Origin: Octopus vulgaris
Lineage: Eukaryota
Assembly (NCBI GenBank): GCA_951406725.2
Contig: OX597822.1
Coordinates: forward strand, 99,448,001-99,512,000
Length of the DNA: 64,000 nt
Reading direction: 5' to 3'
Position 1 is the stretch's first letter, and every line of letters begins with the position of its first letter. The notes under the pieces are model-generated. The model ran no database searches, was not told the origin of the DNA, and saw only the letters and a list, made by a program, of their open reading frames with translations. Below, piece by piece: positions 51,485-64,000 of the stretch. Both the position numbers and the translations under genes were made by a program.

Positions 51485-51830
51485 TGGCATGGCTCTGTGG
51501 TAAGCAGTTTGCTTCCAAACCACATGGATCCAGGTTCAGTCCGTCTGCATGGCACCTTAGGCAAGTGTCTTCTACTATAGCCTTGTGGGTGGATTTGGTT
51601 GATGGAAACTGAAAGAATCCCATTGTATGTGTGTGTGTGTTTATCCTCCTGCCATCGCTTGACAACTGATGCCAGCATGTTTATGCTCCTGTAACTTAGC
51701 AGTTCGGCAAAAAATTCCAACAGAAAAAGTACTGGGCTTACAAAGAATAAGTTCTAGGGTCGATTTGTTTGACTAAAAGCAGTGCTCTAGCATAGCTGCA
51801 GTTAAATGACTGAAACAAGTAAAAAGAAAG
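51485..51830 (+). mobile_element. SINE family 2 (preceded by a head-only fragment at 51302-51455)
   Basis: Homologous to 16877-17322. Confidence 0.8.
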
Positions 51831-51832
51831 AA

Positions 51833-51904
<72 letters not shown>

Positions 51905-51907
51905 ACA

Positions 51908-52998
51908 CAGGGTATAATGGTTAAATTGTCACCATTTTTTATTTTCAATTTCACACATGTGCATTCTTTGTTTTTGATTTTGTTGACTACACAGGGTCAG
52001 TTGGGAACCATCTATGAGAAAAACAGTGCCATGACGCAATTCATGCTGCTAGAAATTTGGAAATGATATACTGTACTTCTTGGCATTTGTACCAGAGGCT
52101 CCAATATGAACATTTTAGAGTATCTGGATAACAATCTGAGGATAGTGCAGAGGATTTGGAAAGAGCTGCAGGAATCTAATTGTAATTACAAAGGTATGGC
52201 AGCTTGGAAAACTTGCTCTGATCGATCTGATAAGAAAAGAACTCTTGAATTTCTTGGTGAGTTCCAGGACATGATTGACAACAATTCCTCCAAGTTAATC
52301 AGGTCCATTATCAGGGACATAGAAGTACCTAAGTTTTTTATCAGACAGGTAGTGCATGAAGACATTTGGTATTCCTCATACAAGATGAGAAAGGGGCAAT
52401 TTTTATACCAAGTCATCAAGAACAAGAGGAAAGACCGCAGCACAAAGCTTTTCAACAAACTCAAGCATCCCCTCTAACCGAACATACTTTGGTTTTCCCC
52501 AGGCAAGAAAAAATTCTGCCAGGATCAGATGGGGAACACACAGAACAACTGTTGGCTTGCCATGTCTCCAAAACATGTAGCGAGAATGATAAAAATTAAA
52601 CATCCAGTCAACATTATGGTGTTTGGAGTCAGCACTAGTGATGGTGACATTATGCTTCCATTTATATTCCCACATGGCCTCAGACTCAACACAGAAACCT
52701 ACATCAAGTGCCTGGAGAAGGTAGTGCTGCCCTGAGTCAAGAGAGTGACTGATGGAAGACTTTATGTTTGGCAAGAGGGCTCTTTACCATGCCATACAAG
52801 CAGGAGAACCCAGTCATGGCTGTCAGATAATTTCTGCGACCACATCACCCCTAATATCTGGCCAACTAACTCCTCAGACTGCATTGATTATTATGTGAGG
52901 GGTACAATTGAGCAAGAAGCCAAGAAAACTCCTTGTAACACCAAAGATGAACTGAAGGCAAAGATTATGGCAGCATTGACCAACCAGAAGAGTTGCAG
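51908..52998 (+). pseudogene. Decayed IS630-Tc1-mariner element, probably DD37D/maT type; transposase pseudogene
   Basis: CAGGGT-type left end; frameshifted ORFs 52106-52477, 52529-52735 and 52745-53041 with MVFGV..SDG..M.PFIF, YVWQEGSLPCHTSRRTQSWL (from QDSAPCH) and WPTNSSDC-IDYYV (from WPPNSPDxNPLDY). Restoring the apparent small deletion gives 37-residue D-D spacing. Right TIR missing. Confidence 0.85.
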
Positions 52999-54103
52999 GA
53001 TGGATGGATGGATGGATGGATGTGTGTGTGCGTGTGTGTGACTCTTTATTTTGGTATTGTGTGTCAGCTCTATGCGAGTGTCACAGTCATATAAGTAGTG
53101 CAATCCATTTCCAACATTCTGCGAAAACATGTCTAGCCAAAGAGTAATATTACTTTGCTTGGCAATAAGTGAAGGTTGGTAACAGGAAGGGAACTAACTG
53201 TAGAAAATTTGTCTCAATAAACCTTGCCTGACCCATGCAATCACAAACAAGTCGATGTTAAAAAACAATGATGAAAAACCTACAATACTGATGATACTAT
53301 GACACTCAGATACATACACACAGACAAACACTCTCTATGGCATTAAGTACGAAATAAAACCTACAAAAGAACAACTTCAAAATATTGAGTAGAAAGCTGA
53401 AAGTGAATTTATAGACATTCTCAAATGAGCTTTCTTTTATAGACAAGAAAAGAGATAGATGCAAGTATTGTTCTGTAATGTTGTGATCTACACTGAATTA
53501 TGAGAAGGTAATTTTCTTTTCTTAATATGATGTAAAAAAAAGAAGTAATTTAATCTGGAGACAGAAAAGATATTTAGCTCAATTAGGTTTAATGTAACCT
53601 AGAATAATGTCTTGTCTTGTATCATGGCTCAACCCTTTTGTTATAAAATTTCTATTGAAATGTCCTGATTTTGTTTAAATTGATTTTAAAATAACAAGGA
53701 ATTTAGTAAAGTAACTGTCATTATTAAGCTGGTGTTTAGAACAGAGACATGAAGTTTGTATCCTAAGGCCAAGGGACATCTCAATTATGCCATAAAAGGG
53801 ATAATAGACATAAAAGGTATCTTGAACATATATAGAAATGTTCAAGAAGTTAGTATTCTTTTCTAACAATAACTTTCTTGATTTACAAGTATATATATTC
53901 CTTGATTGTCATTTTTCTTGTTTTATCAAAATTAAGCAACAAGGTAGGAGAAGGTGTAATGAGGGAGAAAAAAGGAAAAGAAAAACCATTTGTGACCAAT
54001 CTTATATACCAGTGGTGTATATAAGATTTTGTTGTTAAAATTTATGAACAATAAAATCAGTAATATACAAAAAAACAACAATACACGAAATATTTTAACA
54101 CTT

Positions 54104-54326
54104 ATGGAGATGTACTTGCATAGCGAGTGACTCAATCTGAGATCATGTGCTGGAACGAAAACAATTGCACTGACAAAACACTGTGCAGCACAACGTTTTG
54201 TCAGTGAACAGGTCGTGGTCTCAAAGCAACGAAAATATTTTGACAAATTAAATTTAAATGTTGAAGTGAATCTAACGGTTTTTGTGTGTTTCTTAAATGG
54301 CTTATAAACACCTTCCACGCAGCAAT
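54104..54326. mobile_element. Insertion with Penelope-like architecture and 13-bp TSD
   Basis: TSD TATTTTAACACTT at 54091-54103 and 54327-54339; internal 12-bp hairpin CACTGACAAAAC/GTTTTGTCAGTG; the left 65 nt appear inverted relative to the body, sharing GCAATT. Confidence 0.6.
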
Positions 54327-55223
54327 TATTTTAACACTTTTTTTTACAGAATCCCTAACAATAATTATAACAAAATATAATAAGATTTTTTAAACATCGA
54401 TTAGTTATGAGAGTCCTGAATAAAATAGGAACAAAGGGGGACATAGATAAAAAAATGGTTGAGAACCAGTTCTAAGCCCATGAAGAAATTTGGTAAAATA
54501 GCTCAGAAAGCCAATTGTGGTAAAATAGTAACAAGATGATTCTAATAAAAGATCACACAGACATCAAAGTAATCATGTAAATATCAAAAAGAAATTCTTA
54601 AGTACTTGAAGATCTTAAAATTATTAACGAAGAGATGGAATATAATAGTTTAATACACACTTTTACCTTTTTAGTAAATTGAGTAAATCCTACAGCCATA
54701 AACATTAAATCCCAGTCAAGGTTGGAAGCCATTCTTCTGATTTGTGAAGCTTCACAGTAAAACTTCAATGCAAAACTGACAAGACAGCCCTATGAAATAA
54801 ACTAACAATTTCCCAACTCCTGTAATAGATACTGGCAGCATTTCTAACAGGTTGTCTTTACGAACAAAGCTTCTTCCTTTTTTTTTTTTTTCTTTTTTTT
54901 TGGTTGTTGTTGTTGTCTCTTTCATTACACTTTCTTAGTAATTTGTAAGCAGAAAACCTTTTCCCTTGCAACAACAAATAACTAATTAGGTCACCAACTC
55001 TTAAACAAGAAGGAAAAATGATAAGGTTTCACTAAATTATAGTTGCTTGAGAAAAATGAAGCTAATAAAAATTTGGAATGAAGATGACAGTTGGAAATAC
55101 TTATTTCAAAGACATAAAAGGTGACTGTAATCATACTGATTTGTGGCACAAGGCCAGAAATATAATTGGTTTTTGCTTTTTTTTTTTTCTGTGGTGGTGG
55201 TGAGAGAATAGGTTATTACATTC

Positions 55224-55554
55224 TTCTATGTTTAAGAGATGAGGAATTATGTACATTATTTACATTTGATGGATATTTGTCCTCGTCTTGTTTGTTGTTA
55301 ACCACCGCGCCATATGTCCATGGGCACATGGCATAGTGGTTAAGAGCGAGGGCTACTAACCCCAAGATTCCGAGTTTGATTCCAAGCAGTGACCTGAACA
55401 ATAATAATTAACATCGAAAAATACCTTAGGAATGAGAACCCAGGTTCAAAATTTCCCCAAGACACCTGAAGAAGGTTGGAGAGTATATCAGCCGAAACAC
55501 TGTGTTAACAACAAACAAGATGAGGACAAATATCCGTCAAAAGTAAATAATGTA
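55224..55554. mobile_element. Head-to-head pair of the tRNA-headed, hammerhead-bearing element
   Basis: Plus copy 55322-55554 has box A TGGCATAGTGG (55329-39), box B GAGTTTGATTCC (55372-83) and CTGAAGA(55466-72)...CAGCC-GAAAC(55494-98). Minus copy is internally deleted but carries the tail. Imperfect flanking duplication AGGTTATTA. Confidence 0.85.
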
Positions 55555-56397
55555 AATAAGGTTATTATAATGTTACTAGTACTTGACTGGTACTTATTAC
55601 AACAACTCAAGAAGGATAAAAAGCAAACTGACCTCAACAGGATTTGAACTCAGAATGTAAAGGAAGGCATTTTTTTTTTTTTTGTCTGCCAGTTTACCAA
55701 CCCTGCCAAGCCACCAGTTTGAATATCTATTTGAGAGAATAGATATGGAAACTTTACTTGAGAATGATATTTCAAAATTTAAAGAGAGTTTCACAAAAAC
55801 CAGTTCCTGAAGAATGAGGAAACAACATGTCCGTGGGCCAGAGACCAATATGTTTCCATTAGTAATTGAATGCTAGTTATCTGAGTGGGCTTTCTCTGGC
55901 TGCTGCCCACAATAGCTGTGTGTGTAGAGCAGTGGCACTGCCCCGTGGCCCTTGCTCGAGTCATAACCCTTTATATACTTAGATACCGAAGACCACTTTG
56001 GTTCTAAAATACAAACTTCATATTTAGAGTGATCTAAACTTTCATCAGAATTTCCTGTTAATTTATGTTCCAGACACCAAAGAGTCGTTTTAATAAATTC
56101 TTTAATATTTTCAAAATTGGTAGGAACAAAAGGTGGTGTATTTGTTTAGAAATAGGCGAACAAAAGGATTAATGGAATAAATTGATGCACTCAATAGATC
56201 GGAGTCGAACTCAGATTTTACATGGAGTGAAAAGTTTATGAATGCTGGGATTTAAAATGCTAGATGGAGAGGAAGATGTCAGAGATGCAAGATTGAAAAG
56301 TGTATTTGATCTGCACAAAGCAGGTCAGCAGAATGAAATGGATATAAAATTGATGATGATGTTGATGTTCATGATGGTGTTGATGTTTATGATGATA

Positions 56398-56610
56398 TAC
56401 TCTTTTACTCTTTTACTTGTTTCAGTCATTTGACTGCGGCCATGCTGGAGCACCACCTTTAATCGAGCAACTCGACCCCGGGACTTATTCTTTTTGTAAG
56501 CCCAGTACTTATTCTATCGGTCTCTTTTGCCGAACCGCTAAGTAACGGGGACATAAACACACCAGCATCGGTTGTCAAGCAATGCTAGGGGGACAAACAC
56601 AGACACACAA

Positions 56611-56670
<60 letters not shown>

Positions 56671-56833
56671 GACAGGCTTCTTTCAGTTTCCGTCTACCAA
56701 ATCCACTCACAAGGCATTGGTCGGCCCGGGGCTATAGCAGAAGACACTTGCCCAAGATGCCACGCAGTGGGACTGAACCCGGAACCATGTGGTTGGTTAG
56801 CAAGCTACTTACCACACAGCCACCCCTGCGCCT
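56398..56833 (-). mobile_element. SINE family 2, young full-length copy with internal (TA)n
   Basis: CpGs retained; near-identical to 41487-41886. Confidence 0.9.
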
Positions 56834-57118
56834 ATATATGTATGCTTTAGCTGCAGAAACAATGCCAAAGCAGACATAGAACCTGGCAGAGCCCTCTCAC
56901 TTGACTTCTTGTCAAACAGTCCAGCCCATGTCAGCAGGAAAATAAGGACATTAAATGATGTTCACCATATATCATTTAATATACACAGTTTACAAAAGAG
57001 TTACTAATATTTCCATGCTTTAAAGATACAATAAATTAACAAATCTATTGTAAATTGTGTAAATTAAATTATATTTATCTCTCACAGAACAGTATTATTT
57101 TTGTTGATCTGACCTATT

Positions 57119-57449
57119 GAGACCTCCTTCGGTCATGACTGACCGTGGGATTGCACCTAGAAAGTTACCCTCCCAGGCACAAGTCTGGGCAAAGTTGTTT
57201 ATGGAAGACCAGCAGTCGCCCATGCATACCAGCCTCCCCTCTCCACGCCACCAGTGTTATCCAAGGGAAAGGCAACGGCCGATACAGCTTGGCACCAGTG
57301 CCGTCGCAACTCATTTCTACAGCTGAGTGAACTGGAGCAACGTGAAATAAAGTGTCTTGCTCAAGAACACACCACGCAGCCCAGTCCAGGATTCGAACTC
57401 ACAACCTCATGATCGTAAGCTCGACACTCTAACCATTGAACCATGCGCC
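57119..57449 (-). mobile_element. tRNA-derived SINE family 4 (CORE-like middle)
   Basis: Head GCGCATGGTTCAATGGTTAGAGTG ... GAGTTCGAATCC (boxes A and B), then GTGTTCTTGAGCAAGACACTT...CACTCAGCTGTAGAAATGAGT. Confidence 0.85.
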
Positions 57450-60127
57450 TATAAAGGAACTATAAACTATATATGTGTATGCACGTGTGTGTTTATACTC
57501 ACACACACATGCAGATGCAAGAAGGTGGTTAAGAAGCTCATTCAGAATTTTGTGGTTCCCAGTTCTATCCCATCTTAAGTAAATGTCTTCCAAATTATGG
57601 CCCAGGCAAGTGAAATTTGTGGTTGACAGAAAACAGGCAAAAACCCATTATGTGCATATTAGCAAGGAATTGCTGATAAATTGGTACATTGAGCAAAAGT
57701 ACCTAGTGGTATTTATTCCATGTCATTTACTCCCCTTTAAACCAAGGTGTTCTTAGCCGTTTAATAAAAAGAGATTGGAGAAAAAAAAAGCATCACACAA
57801 AGGACTAGGATCAATATAACCATCGAAAAACTGAGAAACTACTGCTCCGGTATGGTCCCAATTAAATGACCGAAACGAATAGAACATACAGCCAATTGTG
57901 CTTAATTGCATAATAGATAATGATATGATTCAGTTAATTGCGTTACTATTCAAAGCATGGAACCATGCAGCATCAAATTTATGTGAATTTGATTGGCTAA
58001 ATGCATAAGGAAATAACATACATTACAATTAAGTGAATTTTTTTTTTTTTTTACAAATTCTAAGTAAAAAAAATGTTACAAATTCTAAGTAAAATAAAAA
58101 GCAAAGAAAAATGGTGAAATAAAATTGAACATTAGATTTGATTTCAGTGATTCTGTAAACTTCGGTTTTCATGATGAGCTTAAGTGACAGTCATTAGTGG
58201 AACATGTTTACAAGCTGACCAATGTCAGAAGAGTCAAATGTATTTCAAGTCTTAGAATTTCAATGAATTGCAAGCTTTCTGAAGTTGAGATCCTTGTTTA
58301 ATTTTATCTTGTTTTTTTAAATTGTGTAATAAATTTCTTCAATAAAATAACTCTTCATTGCAAATAAAATTTGTAAAATATCTTTTTTTTATTCCTTCTT
58401 CACTCAAGCAATGAATATGTGCTTGTCTCTAATCAGTCCAATAAATTTCTAATTAATCATATCAACGTAATTCTAGTTGTAATTCAAAGTATGTGACACA
58501 GAAATTTGACCGAGCTTGGCTAACAGAAGAAGATCAAAAGAGTAACATGCTGATATACTCCTTTTATTCTTTCACCTGTTTCTGTCAGTTTAGCATGACC
58601 ATGCTGGGGCATCATCTTGAAGGGTTTAATTCAACTGAAACATTACTATGCTTTTTTTTTTTTCTTTTTAAATCTGGTACTTACTCTATCAATCACTTTT
58701 GCCACAAACTGATACCTATAGGGATGTAAACAAACCAACACCAATTATCAGGTGATACGGCAAACACAAAGACACATACATGCACACATACACATCATCA
58801 TCATTTAGCATCCATTTTCCCTGCTGGTATGGGTAAGACGGTTTGAGTGGAAGTAATAAGCCTGAGAAGCTGCACCAGGCTTCAGTGTGTTTTAGTTTGG
58901 TTTCTATGGTTGGATACCCTTCCAAACACCAGTGTACTGGGTGCTTCCTATGAGTCACTGGCACAGGTGCCTTTCACATGTATCATATATTCGAAGATCG
59001 ACACAGCAGGCATTTCATCAGCACCGCTTTTATCTCTTCCCTGCTCCACCCAAGTCACCCACCAACCTCTCTTCGAAAACCTGAATAGCCATAATTAACC
59101 CCTCTACAACAAGAAACTTGTTCTGCTCTGGCCCCTTCTCTCATACTTTAGCCCCTCATCTGGTGGTGCAAAACAAACAAACAGACAAAAAAAAAAAAGC
59201 ACTCCGTACATGCTATAAATTTATTGGTGTTAGGAAGGGCCATAGAAGCTATGCCAAAATAGACAGTGGAGCATGATACAGTTCTTGAACTCTGGTTCCT
59301 GTCAAGTGTCCAACCTTACTTAAAATGGACAGATGATGATGATGATGTTGGTGGCAAGGGTGATGGTAGTGATGGTAGTGATGATACAGAACAGGTTTCC
59401 TCACAGTTTTATACAGCATTGATTGGTTCAAGATTATAGCAAAGGACACTTGTCCAAAGTGGCATGCAGTAGGACTGAACCCCCAAACCACCTGGTTGCA
59501 AAGTGAGCTTCATAATCACACAGCCATGCCAAACCCCTTGGACAGGATAGAATATATATGAATAGAATGTACACAAAAAAAAAAAAATGGAATTCCATAA
59601 TTTATCACAAACTATGCACATTAAGTTAAACGGCTAAGAATTTCAAATAATGAGGCTTTTAAAGAGAATAGATTACACATACATTGACACACATGCATAT
59701 TCAATAATTTAACATTTCACTTTCAAAATCTCAACTCTCCCACTAAGCTAAAATTCTGTGTGTGTGTGTGCATAATACACACACACACACACATTAAAAC
59801 ATCTGGAAGACGAGCTTCTTCAAAGTAAAATTTAGACGTAATCTGTTGCCTAATTTAAGACCACCACCTAGCTTTTATGGTAGATTCAGTAGAGGCCAGT
59901 CTGTGCAAAGAACTAGGTGTGGTTTTCATTATGGAAGCTATGAAAATACAAGTGTGTACAATCATATTCAACACATTTGTGTACACTTGGACAGGGAAAG
60001 ACCTTTTGCTGCAAAACCAATGTCAGGAGAAAATTTATAGCCCGGTGTGGTTTTAGATGTGTACACACTGGGCTATAAATGATATCATTGAATTATAGGA
60101 TGCACATAATTCTGCTTTGTCATGCTA

Positions 60128-60375
60128 CATCATCATTTAATGTCTGTTGTCCATTCTGGCATGAGTTGGACAGTTTGACCAGGGCTAGTAAGCTGAGGGG
60201 CTGCACCAGACTTCAGTCTAACGTGGCATGGTTTCTATGGCTGGATGCCCTTCCTAATGCCAACCACTCCAAGAGTGCAATGTGTGCTTTTACATTCCAC
60301 TGGTGCAGGTGCCAGTTGCATGACACTAGTATCTGCCATGACTACAATTTCACTTGGCTTGATGGGCCTTCTTTT
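60128..60375 (-). mobile_element. SINE-like family 3, old diverged copy
   Basis: GGATGCCCTTCCTAATGCCAACCACTCC motif. Confidence 0.75.
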
Positions 60376-61043
60376 CAAAGTTATTTTACTAAATTCTTTG
60401 TTATATATAAAGTAACTGAAAGAAACACAGTGCATCTCAAAATAAATACAGTAACGAAAGGGTTAAAATAAAAAAAAAAAAACATGGATGCATTGTAACA
60501 AACTGAATGGATTACACTAAAGGTAAACCAGCGAAAGCAAAAATTAAGAAATAAGAAGAAAAAATTTTGAAGTATCATGAATGTCATATTCAAATAGTTA
60601 TTTTAACATGCCAGCAATAAAGAAATCTATTCAGACACATCTATTTATTGCTATACCAACAATAATTAGATTTTGTGGCTGTTCAGCCCTAGGTCAGATA
60701 TGATCAAGCAGCTATGACAGAAAACATTCCAGCAATAACCACCTATTTTGATTTTTCATAAAGTGTATCCAGGACAACATTATTAAATGTATCATTTTAA
60801 AATTCAGTAGGATGAGAGTTGAGGGACATTTGGTCGCTGTTTCTAGCATGTAAAAGCTCCATAATTTGGCTTGTAATAGTGGAAATAGCGAAATCGATTA
60901 ACATGTCTATCAACAGAATAAGGCCACGTGTTGCTGAGCTAAATTGCTACATTATAGTAGTTTAATTACATCACAACATGTCTTGAATTGATATCCTGCT
61001 GACCAAATTTTGCCTTTCATCCTTCTGTGGTTGATAAAATAAG

Positions 61044-61385
61044 TGGAAGACGTTAAGCTTCTTTTCAATATTTGATGCTTCCTTCAATGGCACCTAAGTT
61101 TAATAGCCGGAGAAAAGAAAAATTTCTGATATGATATCTGAACAGTCAAGAGATACTGAGAGAAATAGAACACATCAGGCAAGTGTTTCAACTCCGAACT
61201 CCAGATATTCTGATAATGCCTCAAGTTGGAGAGTTTCTCCTGTATCAAAAGAACTGCATCCTTTGCTGTTATCACATACTTTATATACTTTGATCACACT
61301 TTCCATTTCATTCTCCCTGTCATCTATGTAAATCCCCACACAAATTGTTTTCTGTCCTTGTGATATCCCCCATATCTATGTCCCT
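61044..61385 (-). mobile_element. Unclassified repeat-like segment, possibly a retroelement end
   Basis: Composition differs from the flanks and it abuts a SINE fragment; no splice signals or recognisable protein motif. Confidence 0.3.
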
Positions 61386-62464
61386 ATGGCTGATAAAAAG
61401 AAATTACTATTATTATTATTACAAAATTGATTGACTGAATCATTAAAATATCAAAAAAAAAAAAAAAAAAAAAAGAAGTTTTTTGTTATGATTTGCTTAT
61501 TAACATTCTATGTTCAACACCGACTAGGGTTAAATTTGTCTTCGTCTTCCAGGGCTGATAAAATGTACCAGTCCAGAACTAGGGTTGAATTAGTCCTTAA
61601 ATGGCAGACATTATCAAAAGAAAGTGAATATTTTACAGCAGTTTTTGATAATGGGACTGTAAATTTTATTTCATCAGTGAGAGATTAACTATTATTGCAG
61701 ATTTTTTATTGATTTAAAGAGAAAATAAAGAGATATTTTTATGTTTTGCCTATTTAGCACACACATTCATGCAACCCTGTCCCACTGTTTAAAGATAAAT
61801 TAACTAATCTTTCCCTCCAAATTTCTCACCTTGTACCTGAAATAACTATTATTAATAGTAGTGTTTGTAGCAGAGAGGACTTTGGTCAGCCCAGGGCCTA
61901 TAATATGAAACATTGCCCAAAGCACCACACAATGGGACTGAACCTGAAACCATTGCTTTCAAAGTGAACTTCTTAATCACACAGCCCCATTCCTGCACCC
62001 AAAATAATAATGACAACAATCAAAAAGACAGATATATAATCCAGTAAAGGTGAATCTTACACATCAACAAAGAATAAAAAGAAATGATTTCTTTTATAGC
62101 GACAGAAAAAGAAATAGTTTTACATGATGTCTAACAATAGTGGAAGAAAAGTTTGGAAGGGATTAACAGATATTACTGCCAAGAATACGACAGACAGGAA
62201 ATAAAGCTCCAGTTTTCAGTGGCATAACAACACAAACAATAAATATAACAGACATATTGCTGGGAATGATATGTGAAGTACTAAACATGTAATGTTGTTA
62301 GACAACTGACAAGGAAAAGTTCAATAATCTCAGTAAATGTAATAAAGATGCTGATGATTTTTGGAAACATTCTAGCAAAGTGAAATTTATTTGATAACAA
62401 ACTGAAACGCCAGGCTAAATTCATCCAAAGCAATAACAAACCAAAGACCTGCTTAAATTCACCA

Positions 62465-62850
62465 TCATTTAACATTTACTTTTCCATGTCTGCATAGGTT
62501 AGACAGAATTTGCTGAGGCAGATAATCAATGGTCTTCCTGTCACCAACCCTCATCTGTTTCCAAGCAACATAATATTTTCCTATAGCTAGACATGGTTTT
62601 CATACAAAACTGGAAACAAACAATCTTGCTTGTATTATTATTATTATTATTATTATGATGATGCTCATTTACGATCACCATGCAATGTCTACACACACAA
62701 CAGGTTTCTTTCAGTGTCTGTCTACCAAAGCCACTCACAAGATTTCGGTCAACTTAGGGCTACAGTAAAAGACACTTGACCAAGGTGCTGCACGGTGGGA
62801 CTGAACTGAAGACCACGTGGTTGAGAAGCAAGCTCCTTACCAATGCAGCA
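62465..62850 (-). mobile_element. Hybrid SINE: family-2 head with RTE-type tail
   Basis: Reverse complement of the 21945-22390 organisation. Confidence 0.7.
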
Positions 62851-62873
62851 ATGCTTGTACTAATGATATGGTT

Positions 62874-63083
62874 TCAAATTTTGGCACAAGGTCAGTAATT
62901 TTGAAGGAGGAGGTAAGTCAATTACATTGACCTCAGGGTTCAACTGGCACTTATTTTATTAACCCCGAAAGAATGACAGGCAAAGTCAACCTTAGCAGGA
63001 TTTGAACTCACAGCATAAAAACATACAAAATGCCACTAAGCATTTTGCCTGGCATGTTGACGATTCTGCCAGCTTGTTGCCTC
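62874..63083 (-). mobile_element. SINE family 1 (variant tail)
   Basis: Homologous to 8795-9000. Confidence 0.8.
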
Positions 63084-64000
63084 ACTGATGATAAATATTG
63101 ATAAGATATATTACAATCCCTGATTTTGCTAATGCATTTATTGCAATTTATTGTCAATTATGGAGAAACTTTATGTAATAGAGACACTTCCTGACTATTA
63201 TATTGAATATCGGCTATCGACACTGATAAAGTTCCATTTCTGATGACAACTTAGGGTGATAATTTTTTCTTTTTTTATTCATATACCTTGAGATAAAATA
63301 CATTCTCTGTTAGCAATCTCACAACTAAATATGATCTTACTTAATGCAATGATACAATTCCATTATGGAAAATCACTGAGATGATTCCAATGTACAGAGT
63401 GAAAAAGAGAGAGAGACATTAAATTTTATGACAGACCATGTTATATTGTCACAGAGAACGATATACATTGTTGAAGAAAATGTATTGTGGCATATCATAG
63501 ATCCTGTTTCTTCCATTTACAAAAAGATATCCAAATATTCTCAATACTCACAAATGGCAACGTACGAGACAAACATCATGTGTCAGTTGTGTTATTTTAC
63601 AAGCACAAACACTAATCAAAAGTGAACGATCATAATACAAAATTATGAATCTGCATTTGTAAAAATGCACCTGAGTTTTCACATTGCAATGAAATCTACT
63701 GTCAGCTTAATATATACTCAGGTGTATACAATGAGATAAGAAGCCAATACATATATATTCATGTCATCAATATTGAATACTGTTTCGTAGTTTATCTAGT
63801 GCAATATTTGATATTTCAAGCGAAATGAAAATAATATTCACAGCATATTTCACACTTAGATATTGTTCGGTTTAAACCAGATAAATATTACAACACAAAT
63901 CTGGTCACTTGGTTATGAAGCTTCCAGAGGAGTCAGTCATTGGTCAACTGCATATTTGATAGTACCAAGGACCACAAAAGATTACTGGAAATTTTCTTGT

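Noticed and set aside
52106-53041. Active or domesticated transposase
   Set aside because: Stops, frameshifts, second catalytic Asp changed to Gly, deletion in the SPDxNP motif and no right TIR.
55322-55396. tRNA gene
   Set aside because: Boxes A and B are present, but there is no proper acceptor stem or oligo-T terminator and it runs into a repeat body; it is a SINE head. The same applies to 57380-57449.
61084-61331. Possible host exon (ORFs on both strands)
   Set aside because: No splice signals or known motif; more consistent with a repeat fragment.
18900-63420. Many other minus-strand acceptor-like sites after poly-T tracts (for example near 18965, 19505, 20487, 24532, 45902 and 53917)
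   Set aside because: Poly-A/T tracts are ubiquitous here and the downstream peptides show no pattern; indistinguishable from background.

Overview
AT-rich, microsatellite-dense eukaryotic genomic DNA with no long intact ORF. The repeat families look like those of Octopus (coleoid cephalopod); this is inferred from recognising the repeats, not from a search. Most of the window is interspersed repeats: at least four modular SINE or SINE-like families, TTAA-flanked piggyBac-type MITEs, three non-autonomous Helitrons, a decayed DD37D (maT-type) Tc1/mariner transposase, and fragments of CRE-, RTE- and R4/Dong-clade LINEs. The most unusual signal is a set of short insertions with Penelope-like architecture: inverted arms, a one-sided tail, 12-13 bp target duplications and minimal hammerhead ribozyme motifs. 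One of these families has a tRNA-derived Pol III head, so it looks like a hammerhead-bearing SINE mobilised by Penelope-like elements. The unique sequence between repeats appears to be mostly intron of a minus-strand gene, with one plausible 197-nt exon and several speculative short terminal exons. A possible plus-strand gene end lies near 4.3-4.4 kb. Nearly all ORFs in the supplied track are microsatellite or SINE artefacts. Boundaries of degraded repeats are approximate.
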